Position numbers and translations under genes: made by a program. This document shows positions 49,198 through 61,711 of a stretch of DNA of 64,000 nt, one piece after another. This stretch comes from Octopus sinensis. Lineage: Eukaryota. Below the pieces are notes generated by a model. It was not told the origin of the DNA and searched no databases. It worked only from the letters and a program-made list of their open reading frames with translations. Positions within the stretch are counted from its first letter, which is position 1. The number at the start of each line of letters is the position of its first letter. Location of the stretch: the NCBI RefSeq assembly GCF_006345805.1, contig NC_043024.1:6944001-7008000 (forward strand), read 5' to 3'.

Positions 49198-51405
49198 ATT
49201 GATGCCATCATGGCAGCAGGTTATCCAGTCCCTTGCAAAGAGAAGGATCTATTCAGTGCTATTAAAACTGAGATAGTTTATTGTTCCTGTGGATTTTCAA
49301 CAGGAATTCATCTTGCATGACAGATAACAAAGGAACTAAAGTTTCCATGGCCTTTGAAGATGGTTATCCAGTGAATATTTCTGGAAACCTTTCATTGGGG
49401 GATCCGATGCTGGAAAGTTTTAGGTCTAATACAACAAAAGTGACTTTAATGAAGGGATCGATTCCAGCAAAGGCAATGAATCAGTAATAGCAAGATTTTC
49501 TGGGAATGTTTACTCTTTTACATCCAACAACTTGCTGTCCATCTGGAAAGTGACTGACAAGTTCACTTTAACCAAACATCTGCTACATGAGAAATCCAAA
49601 AGACACTGTTCACATCCCTTCTTCAAGCCGTACGAGTGTTGTTCCTTCACATGAATATTTATGTATCATTAGGTTCCGTCTTACTACACCTGGAACAAGT
49701 TAGAGGGGAAGAAAGCAGTGTGTTCCTATTGCAGGCCAACCTGACATCAGTTTTAGTAGTGTTATTGGAATAAGAGGGTATATACTGTGAATGAGTCAAT
49801 ATGAATACCTTTTTCTGTGGGAAGTTCATTTGAAGATCTTTCAAGAGTAACCAATGGTGAAGTTTGCAGCATCTGCAGACATATTTTATACTTGGATTAC
49901 TGGGTGTGTGTGTCTGATGCCCCTGAGATTCAGTAGTTAGATGCTCCTGTGTGACCCAGCCAATCTATTTGTGCTTCATCTCAGGTATTGCGATGATCTT
50001 GTTGAAGCCCAACAGCTGTACCCCAGTATGGAAATATTGGACCCCTATAAAATCTACAAGGCAGCGTCCATTGACAAGCTCAACATAAAGGACCAAGAAC
50101 TTCAACCTGAACATCTTCTCTCAACCTGGTTGAAGTCACTGATCTAACCATAGACATTTTGAAAGCAACTTCAATAATATCGACATATTAATAGCTGGAT
50201 TTAATGACAATAAGCCTAAACTCATTATACTCCTGAGGACTGTATGGTTTGACAAAGTTTGGCTGCAAGTAACTGGAATTTGCTCCTTGAGATTCATAGC
50301 TGACTTGAGAAAACATTCCTCTTTGCCACAGTTCATAGACAGTTATTGTAGTTTCTTTAGGAAGTGGTGCCATACTCCTTCCTGAGAGCCATATTCACAT
50401 TGAGTTTTCATTCCTCTTGGATTTTGGTACCCCTTTGTGACATTCAATAATTTTTCCATTTCCTGGATTCTTGGGAAGAAATATGAAATGCTTAACTACA
50501 CAATGGTAGATATTAGTGCACATTTAGGGCAAGACAATCGAGGAGCTGAGCAAGAATAGTTCTGAAATGGGAGTAGCAGCAACCGCAGTGATGGTGTTGA
50601 CTCTGAAAGCAACTAGAACCATTGGAATCTGTGCTTGGACCAAAGTTAAAATTTTCAAATTATCTACAGATGTAAGGAAATCTTTTTGGAAATTGGCTGT
50701 CTGGTTATGTTACAAAAATTTACAAATTGGAATGGGCAGATATCTTTTTAATAGTACCAGTGCCATGGACCGAGCCCCTGTAAGATCAGTGGTTTATAAT
50801 AGCAGACAAATTATCAGTGTTCTTGAACCAGGCAACATTGTAAATAAAACAAATAGCTGTGGGGGAAAAAGAAAAATGTTTAGGTTTCCAACAGCATCAA
50901 CTGGCATTTGTTGCAGGAATTAAATGATATTTTTTAATTGATAGGCATCGCTATACATCTAGAAGAAATAGTTGTCTTGTGGAATTTTTAATTTCATGGG
51001 AATTTTCAGACCGACCACCACACACTTCAGCTACTTCTCCTACCCATAATAATGGTGATAAAATCACATAAGATTAACGGTTTAGAAGCTTATGCCATGT
51101 CATAGAGGGCATTATTCTCAATGTGTGCACCAAAAGAGAGGATGTGATAAGCAGAAATTCATTATCTCGATATACGAGCCCTTTTGACTTAGAAAACGTC
51201 AATTTCTGGAACACCTCAGCTTTTACCATGTTAATGATTCCTAAAGGCAAACCTTGACACAGTTGCTGGATGACATCACGAGGAATACTGCTTTGGCAAT
51301 GGTCAATTGTTCTACGAAGAATGTTTAAGATTTGGAAGTCTTTATAATCTCTCGAGGCTCATTTTTTGGTAAAACTAAAAATCTCGTCTGTTCTACAGGG
51401 CTGAT
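49198..51405 (+). pseudogene. Highly decayed Helitron RepHel (Rep plus PIF1-like helicase)
   Basis: ordered motifs across frames: IDAIMAAGYPVP..YCSCG, SCMTDNK..DGYP, VPSYYTWNK, SFEDLSRVTNG, EKTFL, VVSLGSGAILLP, WTKVKIFKLSTDVR, LQIGMG, PPH, VIEGIIL, AFTM, CFGNGQLF, GKTKNLV. Confidence 0.85.
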
Positions 51406-54400
51406 GAGGCAACAATGCTGAAAAATACTAAAGCTTTGTAGAGGTTGTACAAATCTAATACCAATATAAACTGGGGGTCATTGCAACCCTTTATTTCCAC
51501 ATATGTTCTAGTTCCAATATTCAGATGTGTAGGGTTTCCCTCTGAACCTTAGAAATTGTTTCTGTGGGTGGTTTACCTCTTGACACCCCAGTTTCTGAGT
51601 TTAAAAAAAAATAATTTTCAGAATTAAAGCATTTTAAAAATATTATTTTCAGTTATAGTTTTGAATAAAATGAAACTGTTTTTCACATTTACTGAATGTG
51701 TTTTTGTTTAAAATACGCTTGAATTAATTAGTTGGGGTTGTTTTACACTAATTCTGAAATATAATGAGCAACCCTGGACTGCTACACTGTTGGATAGTGG
51801 TTTCAATTCTTATCTGAAAGATAACTTTAAAAAAAGAAATCCAGTAGGGTTCTAATAAATAAAATATACCTTCATTAACTGGGTTTTTTTGCAATATTTT
51901 TGTTGAAATACTTTGCTATTGTTTCAATAAAATTTTAAAATAATGAATTTAATAAAATAGTTTTAAGTCAGCATTTGGGACATAAATTAGCATGCCATTT
52001 TGATGGTAGGTTTTAATTTAGATTCCCTCAAAGCAGGAGGTTTGTATCATGGAACCAGCAGTCGTCTTAATCAGGTTGGTGTCAAGAGAAAACGATTTGT
52101 TACCATATTGCTGGCGAAATGAACTGCTTTTGTTTCAAGTGACTTTGAAAATATGAAATTTAGCAAAATATCTTTAAAGTAATGTTTAGAACGTAAATTA
52201 ACAGGAAACTTGAATGGAAGATTTTTAAACCAGTTTAAAACAAGTTTGTATCCTAGAACCAGGAGTGGTCTCAGGCAGGTTGGTATCAAAAGGGTTAAGA
52301 ATAATACCAGCTCTTTTATAGCCGTTTTCCCAGGACAAAGCAACATGCAGATATTCTGCTATTAATTGAACGTATTTAGTTTCCTAATTAATGAAATCTA
52401 ATTAGATGGGGAATATATTGAAAGCGATTAACTTTGTATATATTTGTGTAGTTCCCACTGTAAAGTGGTTGCTGATAGGAAGGGTGTCCAACCGTAAAAG
52501 CCATGCCAAAGGACACATTGGAGCTTGATGCAGTTTTTGGACACATCCAAAGCTGGTCAAACTGTCCAACCTATTCCAGCATGGAATGTGAATGTTAAAT
52601 GACAATGGCCGTATTTTGGTCAAAGACTGGTATAAATGTTGAAGTGGAGTGTTTTATTGTTTAGGCTAAAATAAGTTCTGGCCAACTGACCAGTGTGTCC
52701 TTTGTTGTCTGTTCAGGAGACAAAATCCCCTAATGATGTATGGTTCTGACCTTTTAGTTTGCTTTTCCTATTCCTGAGATTGGACAAAACTCCTTGTGAT
52801 ATTCCAGCCATGACCATCCTATCATCTGTCTTGATACATAATGTGATACAAGGTCCTACATGTACCTTGGATCACATTATCTGATGTTTTTGTTGGGTTT
52901 TTTTGTCTAAGAAAATTTATCCTTCATTTTTCAGTAACGAGGTCAAAGTGTCTTTAGATTCAGAGTTTAAATTATAGTTTATGTGAAGGCAGATGGCTGA
53001 GTAGTTTGAGTGTTGATGGTCATAAGGTTGTGGGTTCTATTCCTGATCTGGCAGCATTTGTGTCCTTGAGCAAGTCCTTTCATTTCACTCTGTGCCAGTC
53101 TGCTCTGCTGTAAATGAATACCATCTTAGTACTGATACAGCTCACTCTCTACCTTCTCCCCCCCCCCCCCCACAACTCATCCTGGATGTTCTGCTGGGGT
53201 CACTATTAGGAGAGAAGACCAAAAAGATGTCGGCTCACAACTGTTTAGCCATGCTCCTGATGTTGTCCTGGCTCAAGGATGGATGAGCTAAGAGGTCATC
53301 TATGTCTGCTCATAACTACATACACCTAAAACAGATATAGCAGGGGACAATCTACTAAGTGATGGCCATGGTTGGCAACAATAACTGAGCATCTCCCACT
53401 TTTTCCTCATGCAATTTTCCTCTGCCTAATTGTTCTCTTGAGACAAGCTGAGGCTCTGCTAGTTGATCTTTGAAGACCCTTGACCAAAATGCTGTACAGT
53501 AGGTTTGAACCTGGATGCATGTCATTACACAACACCTTAATTACAAGGCAATTAAGGTGTCTTGTAATTGCCTGCCAGCGTTTTCCAATGTTTCCACATT
53601 TTCCTCACCATTACTCAATTGACCCTTTAATACATAAACTGGCTGTGTTCTCCCTATTTTATGTTCAAACCAGCCACATCTGGCCTCTCATGCCTACCCT
53701 ACAATGTCATTCTAGAAATAAAGTCACATCATTGAAATCTTAAGGCTACAAGGTAATGCAGGATTCATTCAAAACTGAATAAATAGGCATTTCACCTGAC
53801 AGTAATCAGAATGCAAAATGCTTAATGAACTAAAGAACGGCCTGCTAGAAATGGTAGCTAAATCTCCCTCAAGTCAGGTCCTACTGTTTCATAAACTAAA
53901 CAAGGAAACCTGTACATGACCCTACAGCCTGCTAGAAATAGCAGCTAAATCTCCCTACTGTTTAACACTTTAGTATTTAAACTGGCCATATCCAGCCTAA
54001 ATATTCTACTTGTTTTATGTTCAAACCAGCCAGATCTGACCTCTCACACCTACCCTACAATGTCATTCTAATAATAAACTCTCACACCATTGGAATCAAG
54101 AACCTCCAAGATAATCTGTGGTTAATCCAAATCAATGGAAAAGGGTGTAATTTTTCTTTTTTCAATTGGGTAATGTACTTTGCGTTCACTGCACATAGAA
54201 ACAAGCTAGGATGGTCATGTCTAGAGTGTCTTTGGTATTAGGTCTTCTTGGTGAGGTTTGATCCAGGATCTAAATAGCAACTCTTTGTAGAATCCAACAC
54301 CATTTGTTTGTTAGTGGAACTTTACCATTTCCATTGAATCAGTGGAACTGTCACGTCTTTGGTCTTTTTTGCAGTGCCTGCTTCCTTGTTTATTCACTGT

Positions 54401-54706
54401 AGAGTTTAGAATGCACTTCCACTGAGTTTTTAATCTACCATTCTGGTGCACTCGGTGCATAATAAGGCTGGCACTTCCTTGATGTTTTTATGACTTGCAC
54501 CTCGTTAACACCTGCACTCTATCACCCCCTCCCCTTGCACCTCCATATCATGACCTGCACTCTGTTAGTAGTGTTCGTTTCTTTTAACAAACTTTTTTTT
54601 TACCTGTCTGCTTGGACCATTTACTTTGCAGATGATCAACCTATCACTGGTTTTAGAGGCAACCAGCCTATCACCAACTCCTTCAATGAAGTGACGTAGG
54701 ATACGC

Positions 54707-55097
54707 TCTCTTTTACTTGTTTGTCATTTGACTGTGGCCATGCTGGAGCACCGCCTTTAGTCCAGCAAATCGACCCCAGGACTTATTCTTTGTAAGCCTA
54801 GTACTTATTCTATCGGTCTCTTTTGCCGAACCGCTAAGTTATAAGGACCTAAACACACCAGCATTGGTTGTCAAGCGATGGTGGGGAGACAAACACATAC
54901 ATACGTATATATATATATATATATATATATGATAGGCTTCTTTCAGTTTCTGTCTACCAAATCATTCACTCACAAAGCTTTGGTCGGCCCGAGGCTATAG
55001 TAAAAGACACTTGCCCAAGGTGCCATGCCGTGGAACTGAACACGGAACCATGTGGATGGTAAGCAAGCTACTTACCACACAGCTGCTCCTGCGCCTA
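54707..55097 (-). mobile_element. Full-length tRNA-derived SINE
   Basis: reverse complement of the 22656 family, little diverged. Confidence 0.85.
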
Positions 55098-55785
55098 TGG
55101 AGAATTTTTTTCTCTCTTTGTTCAGTTATATACATAGCTTGTTTCATTTGTTTCGCTTGGGCTTATAGGCTAACATCAATATCATAATTCTAATTCCAAA
55201 TCTTTTCGTAGTCCATAACTGGTACTTATTTAATTGACCCCCCCCCCACGAAAGGATGACGGGCAAAGTCAACCTCGGCAGAATTTGAACTTGGAACATA
55301 GTGGCAAATGAAATGCCACTAAGCATTTCACCTGATGTGCTAAATATTCTGCCAGCTCACCGCCTTAATAATAATAATAATAATAATAATAAAAAGACCC
55401 TTTTTGGGTTTCTTGAATGTTTTTATGGTTGTCTGTTTTAACCGTTCAACACTTGAACTGGCCATATCTGGGCTAAATATTCTACTTGTTTCGTGAACTC
55501 TATTTAGCTCTGGTCAGTTTGTGAAATTGGGCAGATGATGATGATAGTGATTGTATGTGTCTTTGTATTCTGTAAATGGCAGATGTCTGCCAGTGTCACT
55601 CATGAAAGCTCCTATGCTACATGTTGATGGCTGCCGTATGTTATTCCCAACATGTTGCGTTAACTGTATATGATTAGTATCTAAGCAGTCTTCCATGTAG
55701 CATAAGATAAACGTATTAATGACGAGAATACTACATGGATATGGATGGAGATTTTATATTTTTGTTAATGCATTGTTACATATGT

Positions 55786-56084
55786 GGAGGCGCAATGGCC
55801 CAGTGGTTAGGGCAGCAGACTCGCAGTTGGGGGATTGCGGTTTCGATTCCCAGACCGGGTGTTGTGTGTGTTTATTGAGCAAGAACACCTAAAGCTCCAC
55901 GAGGCTCTGGCAAGGGGTGGTGGTGACCCCTGTTGTACTCTTTCACCCCAACTTTCTCTCACTCTTTCTTCCTGTTTCTTGAGTAACACTGTGATGGACT
56001 GGTGTCCCCTCCAGCTGGGGGGAACATATGCCATGGAAACCGGGCCCATGAGCCTGGCTAGGCTTGAAAAGGGCGAAAGAAAGA
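55786..56084 (+). mobile_element. Young tRNA-derived SINE with a 14-bp TSD
   Basis: A box tggcccagtgg, B-box-like gtttcgattcc; attgttacatatgt at 55772-55785 and 56085-56098. Confidence 0.88.
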
Positions 56085-58016
56085 ATTGTTACATATGTTT
56101 CGGCATTAGATATATTTTTATGGGACTAAATCATAGGATATTATTAAAATATAAAATCTCCATCTATGAAATATTTTTTGTTATATAAAAAAAGAAGACT
56201 AGAGAATTAGACATCTTGAAATCTTGTTTGTTTATTGCAGTAGTGTTCTCATTAAATTCACCATCATCCAGTGTTTTAAATTAGATTCCAATCGAGCATA
56301 GGTTTCCTATTTGCAGAAACACACACTAGTCTCTGGGGACGACACATTACCTGGAAATGAGTGAAGGTTCCAAGAGTCTGGCCTTCAACTTCTTGGTCAT
56401 GTCTGTCTCCAAGATTCTTCAATTCTTCAATCAGTCTGGCATTAGAGTCATAGATACTTAATAAACAACTTATTATAATTAACTCATTAGTGCCCACTTT
56501 CCCTTTTCTACCTCTCCCTTCTCTAATTCTCTCTGTCCCATCTTATCCTCTCACTCCCCTCTTATCCTTTGTTCAGTTCCTCTTACTGACACTCCTGGCC
56601 ATTACTCTCTATCTTCATTTCTTCCTTCACCCCTCTTGCTCTCCCTCCTCTCTTATCACTTTGTTCTCTCTCTCTCTCCTCCCGTGCTATTGGTTGCATT
56701 CTCCCCACTCCCATCTTATCAGTTGCTCTCTCTCTCCCTCCCCCCATCCCGTCGGTTGCCCCCCCCCCCATCCCGTTGGTTGCTCTCTCTCTCTCTGCCC
56801 CCTTCCCGTTGGTGGCTCGCTCTCTTCCCCTCCCCCTTCCTATCAGTGGCTCTTTTTCCCCCTCTTTATTTTGTAAGGGTGAAGAGGATGTCAGATAATC
56901 ACTAGATCTGGTATAACTATCTGGATTGAATTTTTCCCACCTTTACAGATCCTGATTCCAGCCATGACCATCTTATACAGTTTCTTATACAATTTCTCAG
57001 GCTACATTATCCTGTATGCCACACCTCTTCAAGTTTTTTTTTCATCTCTTCAAAAAGTATGGTTTGAAAGGGAATTGGTTTCTATTTCTAGCAGTTTGAA
57101 TGCTCTAAGATAGTCATAGGCAACCCAAAGGGCACGCTTGAATGAAATATTACTTCAAGTACGACCTGCCTGGTTATGAACCATGTCTCATGGCCGATTT
57201 CATGTAAAACAGTTGACCTGCTCTAAGGTGCCAAACTGAAAAGTAATAGTGGGAGTGCGAAAGGATTTGATCCCTTCCCATCCTTCGGAATTTACAACTG
57301 AAATGAGTGGTTGTGTGGGTTAACTTGTTCACTTAGCATCCATGTGATGTCCAGTTCAGTCCCATTGTGTGGCACCTGGGGCAGGTGTCTTCTTCTATAA
57401 CCTTAGACTGATTAATGCATTGTGAGTAAATTTGGTTGACAGAAACTATGAGGAAGCCTCTGTGTCTCTCCCTGCCCCCTTTATGCATGGCAACTGGTGT
57501 TGGTTTGTTTACATAAAGGAGTCTGATAGAATAAGTATCAGATAAGGACCAGATTAAAAAAAAAGGAAATACTGGGGTTGATTTGATTGAAACATTTCAA
57601 AGAGGTGCTTCATCTTGGCCACAGTTCAGTGGCTAAAACCAGTAAAAGACTAACAACACACAAAAAAAAAAATATTTAATTACTCTTAACCCGTTAGCAC
57701 TTGTGGTCCCTTTTTTTTAGGACCAGAAGGATAATCCATCATATTTCTGCAACACCTGTATTTTTCTGAGATATCGTTAGTCATCCAGGCTCGAAATTTT
57801 GGAGGAGGGGGCAATTGATTAGATCGACCCAGTACACAACTGGTACTTAATTTATTGACCTCGACAGGATGAAAGGCAAAGTTGAACTCAGTGGAATTTG
57901 AACTCAGAACATAAAGACAGCCGAAGTACCACTAACTATTTTGACTGGCATGCTAACATTTCTGCCAGCTCACCGCCTAAGTGTCTTTCAAATATTTTAA
58001 TAAGTGTTTTTATATA

Positions 58017-58358
58017 GGAGAGGCTGTGTGGTAAGTAGCTTGTTTACCAACCACATGGTTCTGGGTTCAGTCCCACTGCATGGCACCTTGGGCAAGTATC
58101 TTCTACTATAGCCTTGAGCTGACCAACGACTTGTGAGTGGATTTAGTAGACAGAAACTGAAAGAAGCCTGTCGTATATATGTATGTGTGTATGTTTGTGT
58201 GTCTGACAACTGATGCTGGTGTGTTTAACGTCACCATAACTTAGTGGTTCGGTAAAAGAGAGCAATAGAATAAGTACTAGGCTTACAAAGAATAAGTCCT
58301 GGGATCGATTGCAGTGCTCCAGCATGGCCACAGTCAAATGACTGAAACAGGTAAAAGA
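58017..58358 (+). mobile_element. tRNA-derived SINE (22656 family)
   Basis: colinear, with internal deletions. Confidence 0.8.
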
Positions 58359-59519
58359 GATAAAGTTGAATAAAAACAGACTTTTGGTAATAGATTAATA
58401 AAAAAAAAATTGGGCACTAATGGGTTAAAATCTCCCCTGGGACTAACAAGCTGACCCGAGTACAACTTCCAAAGGGGAGAAAAATATCCTGTATTGCTAC
58501 TAGATATCAAATAAAGTTTGACCAAATGGAAGTTGACCAGTAACTTTTATTTCTATTCAGTGTAGTCACCAACGGAGTTATCCATCACTTGGTTTTATAA
58601 TTCACTTCCGCACCCATCCACATCCATAATCACACACTCACACTCTTGTTCACCCTCACTTCCCCTACCCTATTAGTAAGGGAGTTAACTCTTTCTTGAG
58701 TGTATGTGTGTCTACATATACATGTATGATTCTGTGTCTATATGTATGTATATGATTGTCTGTATATATGTATAATTGTTAATTACTCTCAACCCATTAG
58801 CGCTCATGGTCTTTTTTGTAGGACCAGAAAGATAACCTATCATATTTCTGCAACGCCTGTATATGTATATGATTGTGTGTCTGTGTATATATGTATGTAT
58901 ATGACTGTGTGTCTGTATAGAATGGACTAAGCGGAGCATATATGATCATGGAAATTCTCATGTGATGAAAGGTTTCCAGACAATGGACATGGGTTAGAAT
59001 AAGAACCATAATAAATGAGTGTGTGTGTGTGTGTTTATTTGGCAAAAAAAAAAAAGGACCGTCCTGAAATACAATATATATGTTTGTATGTATGTATATT
59101 TTGGTGTGTGTTTGTATATTTATGAATGTATGTATATATGTATGATTGTGTGTGTATATGTATACATACCTACAGCATATCTTTCCATTTCCTTGGCATT
59201 TTTTTTTTTTTTTTTTTTTTTTTTTGGTGATCAGAAATAAATAAAAATCTTTTAACTGGTTTGAGGCAAATAATATAATGATAAAGTGTTCTGAAATACC
59301 TGTCGTACCATGTATAATGTATGTATGAATATATACCATGTTTTCTTGTATACAAGTTGAAATTTACAACCAGAATAAAAAAAAAAAAAATTTTAAGTCG
59401 ATTTATGTACCAAGACAACTTCAGAAGTTCCATGTGAAATGCAGCAGTGTTTGGAAAGATAGTGACGAAATTTTGAATGCTTACACTACATGTTTATACT
59501 ACATGTTTACAGTGTATGT

Positions 59520-60465
59520 CAGTGGTTTTCAACCGGGGCCCTAATAAGACTTTTGGAGGTCCATGCAAGCAAAATGATAAATTGGGGACCCACAGCAGTA
59601 TTTTAAGAGCCCATCGATAAATTTTGCTGTAGATGTATTTATTGCAGGAAACGGCCAGCATTTTCTTTCTCTACCATTTTACATAGTTCAGCTTTCACAA
59701 GTGAATCTGTTTTTCACACTATAATAACAATAATAAATTTTCTTTTATTTTCTTAATCCTTTACCATTTAAACCAGTGGTTCCTAGTCGGGGTCCTTATA
59801 CTTTTGGGAGTCCATGCAACAAAATATTAAGTTGGGAATCTACAATATTATTTTAAGGGTCCTGAAAAAATTTTGCTTTTAGATGTAAGTATTGGTATGT
59901 ATGGTAAACTAAGTTTTTTTTTTCCTACCATTTTACATAGTTCAACTTATACAAGTTAATGTGTGAAAAACAAAATAGGAATTTTGAAAGAAGCCTGTAT
60001 AAAACTAATCTTTATGGCTGCTAGGGTCCACCAAAATAAAATAGGCTGTGTGATAAGTAGCTTGCTTACCAACCACATGGTTCCAGGTTTAGTCCGACTG
60101 TGTGGCACCTTGGGCAAGTGTCTTCTATAACCTTGAACCGACCAAAGCCTTGTGAGTGGATCTGGTAGATGGAAACTGAAAGAAGCCCATCATATATATG
60201 TGTGTGTATATATGTATATATGTATGTATGTTTGTTTGTGTATCTGTGTTTGTCCCCCCAACACTGCTTGACAACTGATGCTGGTGTGTTTACGTCCCCA
60301 TCACTTAGCGGTTTGGCGAAAGAGACCAATAGAATAAGTCCTGGGGTCAATTTGCTCGACTAAAGGCGGTGCTCCAGCATGGCCAGTCAAATGACTGAAA
60401 CAAGTAAAAGAGTAAAATAGTAATCAAAAGGGTTCATAGATAAAAAAAATGGTTGTGAATCCCTG
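59520..60465. mobile_element. Composite of hAT MITE copies with a nested SINE (60043-60412)
   Basis: cagtggttttcaacc and cagtggttcc starts, ggttgtgaatccctg end; the body resembles 5945-6278. Confidence 0.65.
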
Positions 60466-61501
60466 CTGTGTTGTATATTGACTGTTCTGTTGTGGAATAT
60501 GGTAAGTGATGGATAACTCTTCAGAAATCTATATTCCTTGTGTTTTGAGTCTCTAAGTATCTCATATTTTCTCTTTCCAGCTAATTGTTCCTTTACTTCT
60601 GTGGCTCAGATGATCAATGATGCAGTCAGCTTAAACAGAGAAACTTTTGACCAAAGTGGCCTTTTTTTTTTTAATTTATTTTTTTTTAAAATGGGCTGTT
60701 CAAGGACTCTTTAAAAAAAAAAACGATAAAAAAAATCTTTAAAAAAAAAAACCCATCCAAGCAACAACAAAACTTTGAAAGAAAACCTCAAGAACTGAGA
60801 ACTGACTGTACATGTCCACTGTAACCATAAACAAAAACATTTTATTTTTCCTGGCAGTTTTTGGTGCAAAGCCATTTTTCCTTTATTTTTTATTTTATTT
60901 TTTTTTTTTCAGTTTATATAATCAACTAAAAAACAAAAAAATCATCTTGCATTATTATTATTATTATTATTATTACTAATTAATTAATTAATGAAAATGG
61001 GGTTGTTGAATTGACAGAAATGGTAAAAGGAGCATCAAACTGACTAAATGCCCTTCCAATATTTTTTTGGTTTCATCCCTCCAGGTCCTTGAATTTTGGA
61101 AAAAAAAAAGTATATATTTTTACCCTGGGATGGGAGTTGAGTTCCTTTTATTTCTTTCTACAATTTTTTTAACAAAACTATTTTTTCTTTCATATTTTCA
61201 GAGGTGGGTGGGTGGGTATTGTATAATATTGGTTCAAAATGAAAGTACCCTTTATATATATACACTAAGGAATGTTTGCTTCTAGCCATGATAAGTCTCC
61301 CTCTCTTTGCAAAATTAAGTACATAAAGTGTATATACACACTCACTCACACACACATATATATATAGGTATAAGTTAGGTGTTTAAAACCTCTAGGGGAT
61401 GGTTAAATCCAAAGGCACTCCTGGTGATTACCTGCGCAGGTACAGTCCTTGGTAAAAGGTATAGCTAGCAGGTAATTCAGCAGGTAAACCGTAGTTTAAA
61501 T

Positions 61502-61657
61502 TATATGCAAGAAGAAAATGGAGAAAAATAACAGGAAAAAGTTGGTTGCTTGCACTAGTAAGTCATTAATTTAATTTCTTTATTAATTAATTAAATTAAT
61601 GGCTTACTAGCGCAAACGACCAACTCATTCCTGTTATTTTTCCTCTATTTTCTTCTT

Positions 61658-61666
<9 letters not shown>
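61502..61666. repeat. 165-bp imperfect palindrome (foldback)
   Basis: left arm aagaagaaaatggagaaaaataacaggaa..ctagtaagtcattaatttaatt pairs with the right arm aattaaattaatggcttactag..ttcctgttatttttcctctattttcttctt. Confidence 0.9.

Positions 61667-61711
<45 letters not shown>

Noticed and set aside
49500-51360. Minus-strand open stretches resembling a viral glycoprotein or L protein (e.g. GCEQCLLDFSC; a ~95-codon run at 51.1-51.36 kb)
   Set aside because: The plus strand carries more than ten Helitron RepHel motifs in the correct order, which explains the region; I found no ordered viral motifs.
55786-55860. tRNA gene
   Set aside because: The A/B boxes run into a SINE body with a tail and a 14-bp TSD; there is no clean cloverleaf.
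58520-58610. Possible mariner C-terminal remnant (minus strand GDYTE*)
   Set aside because: Too short to support.
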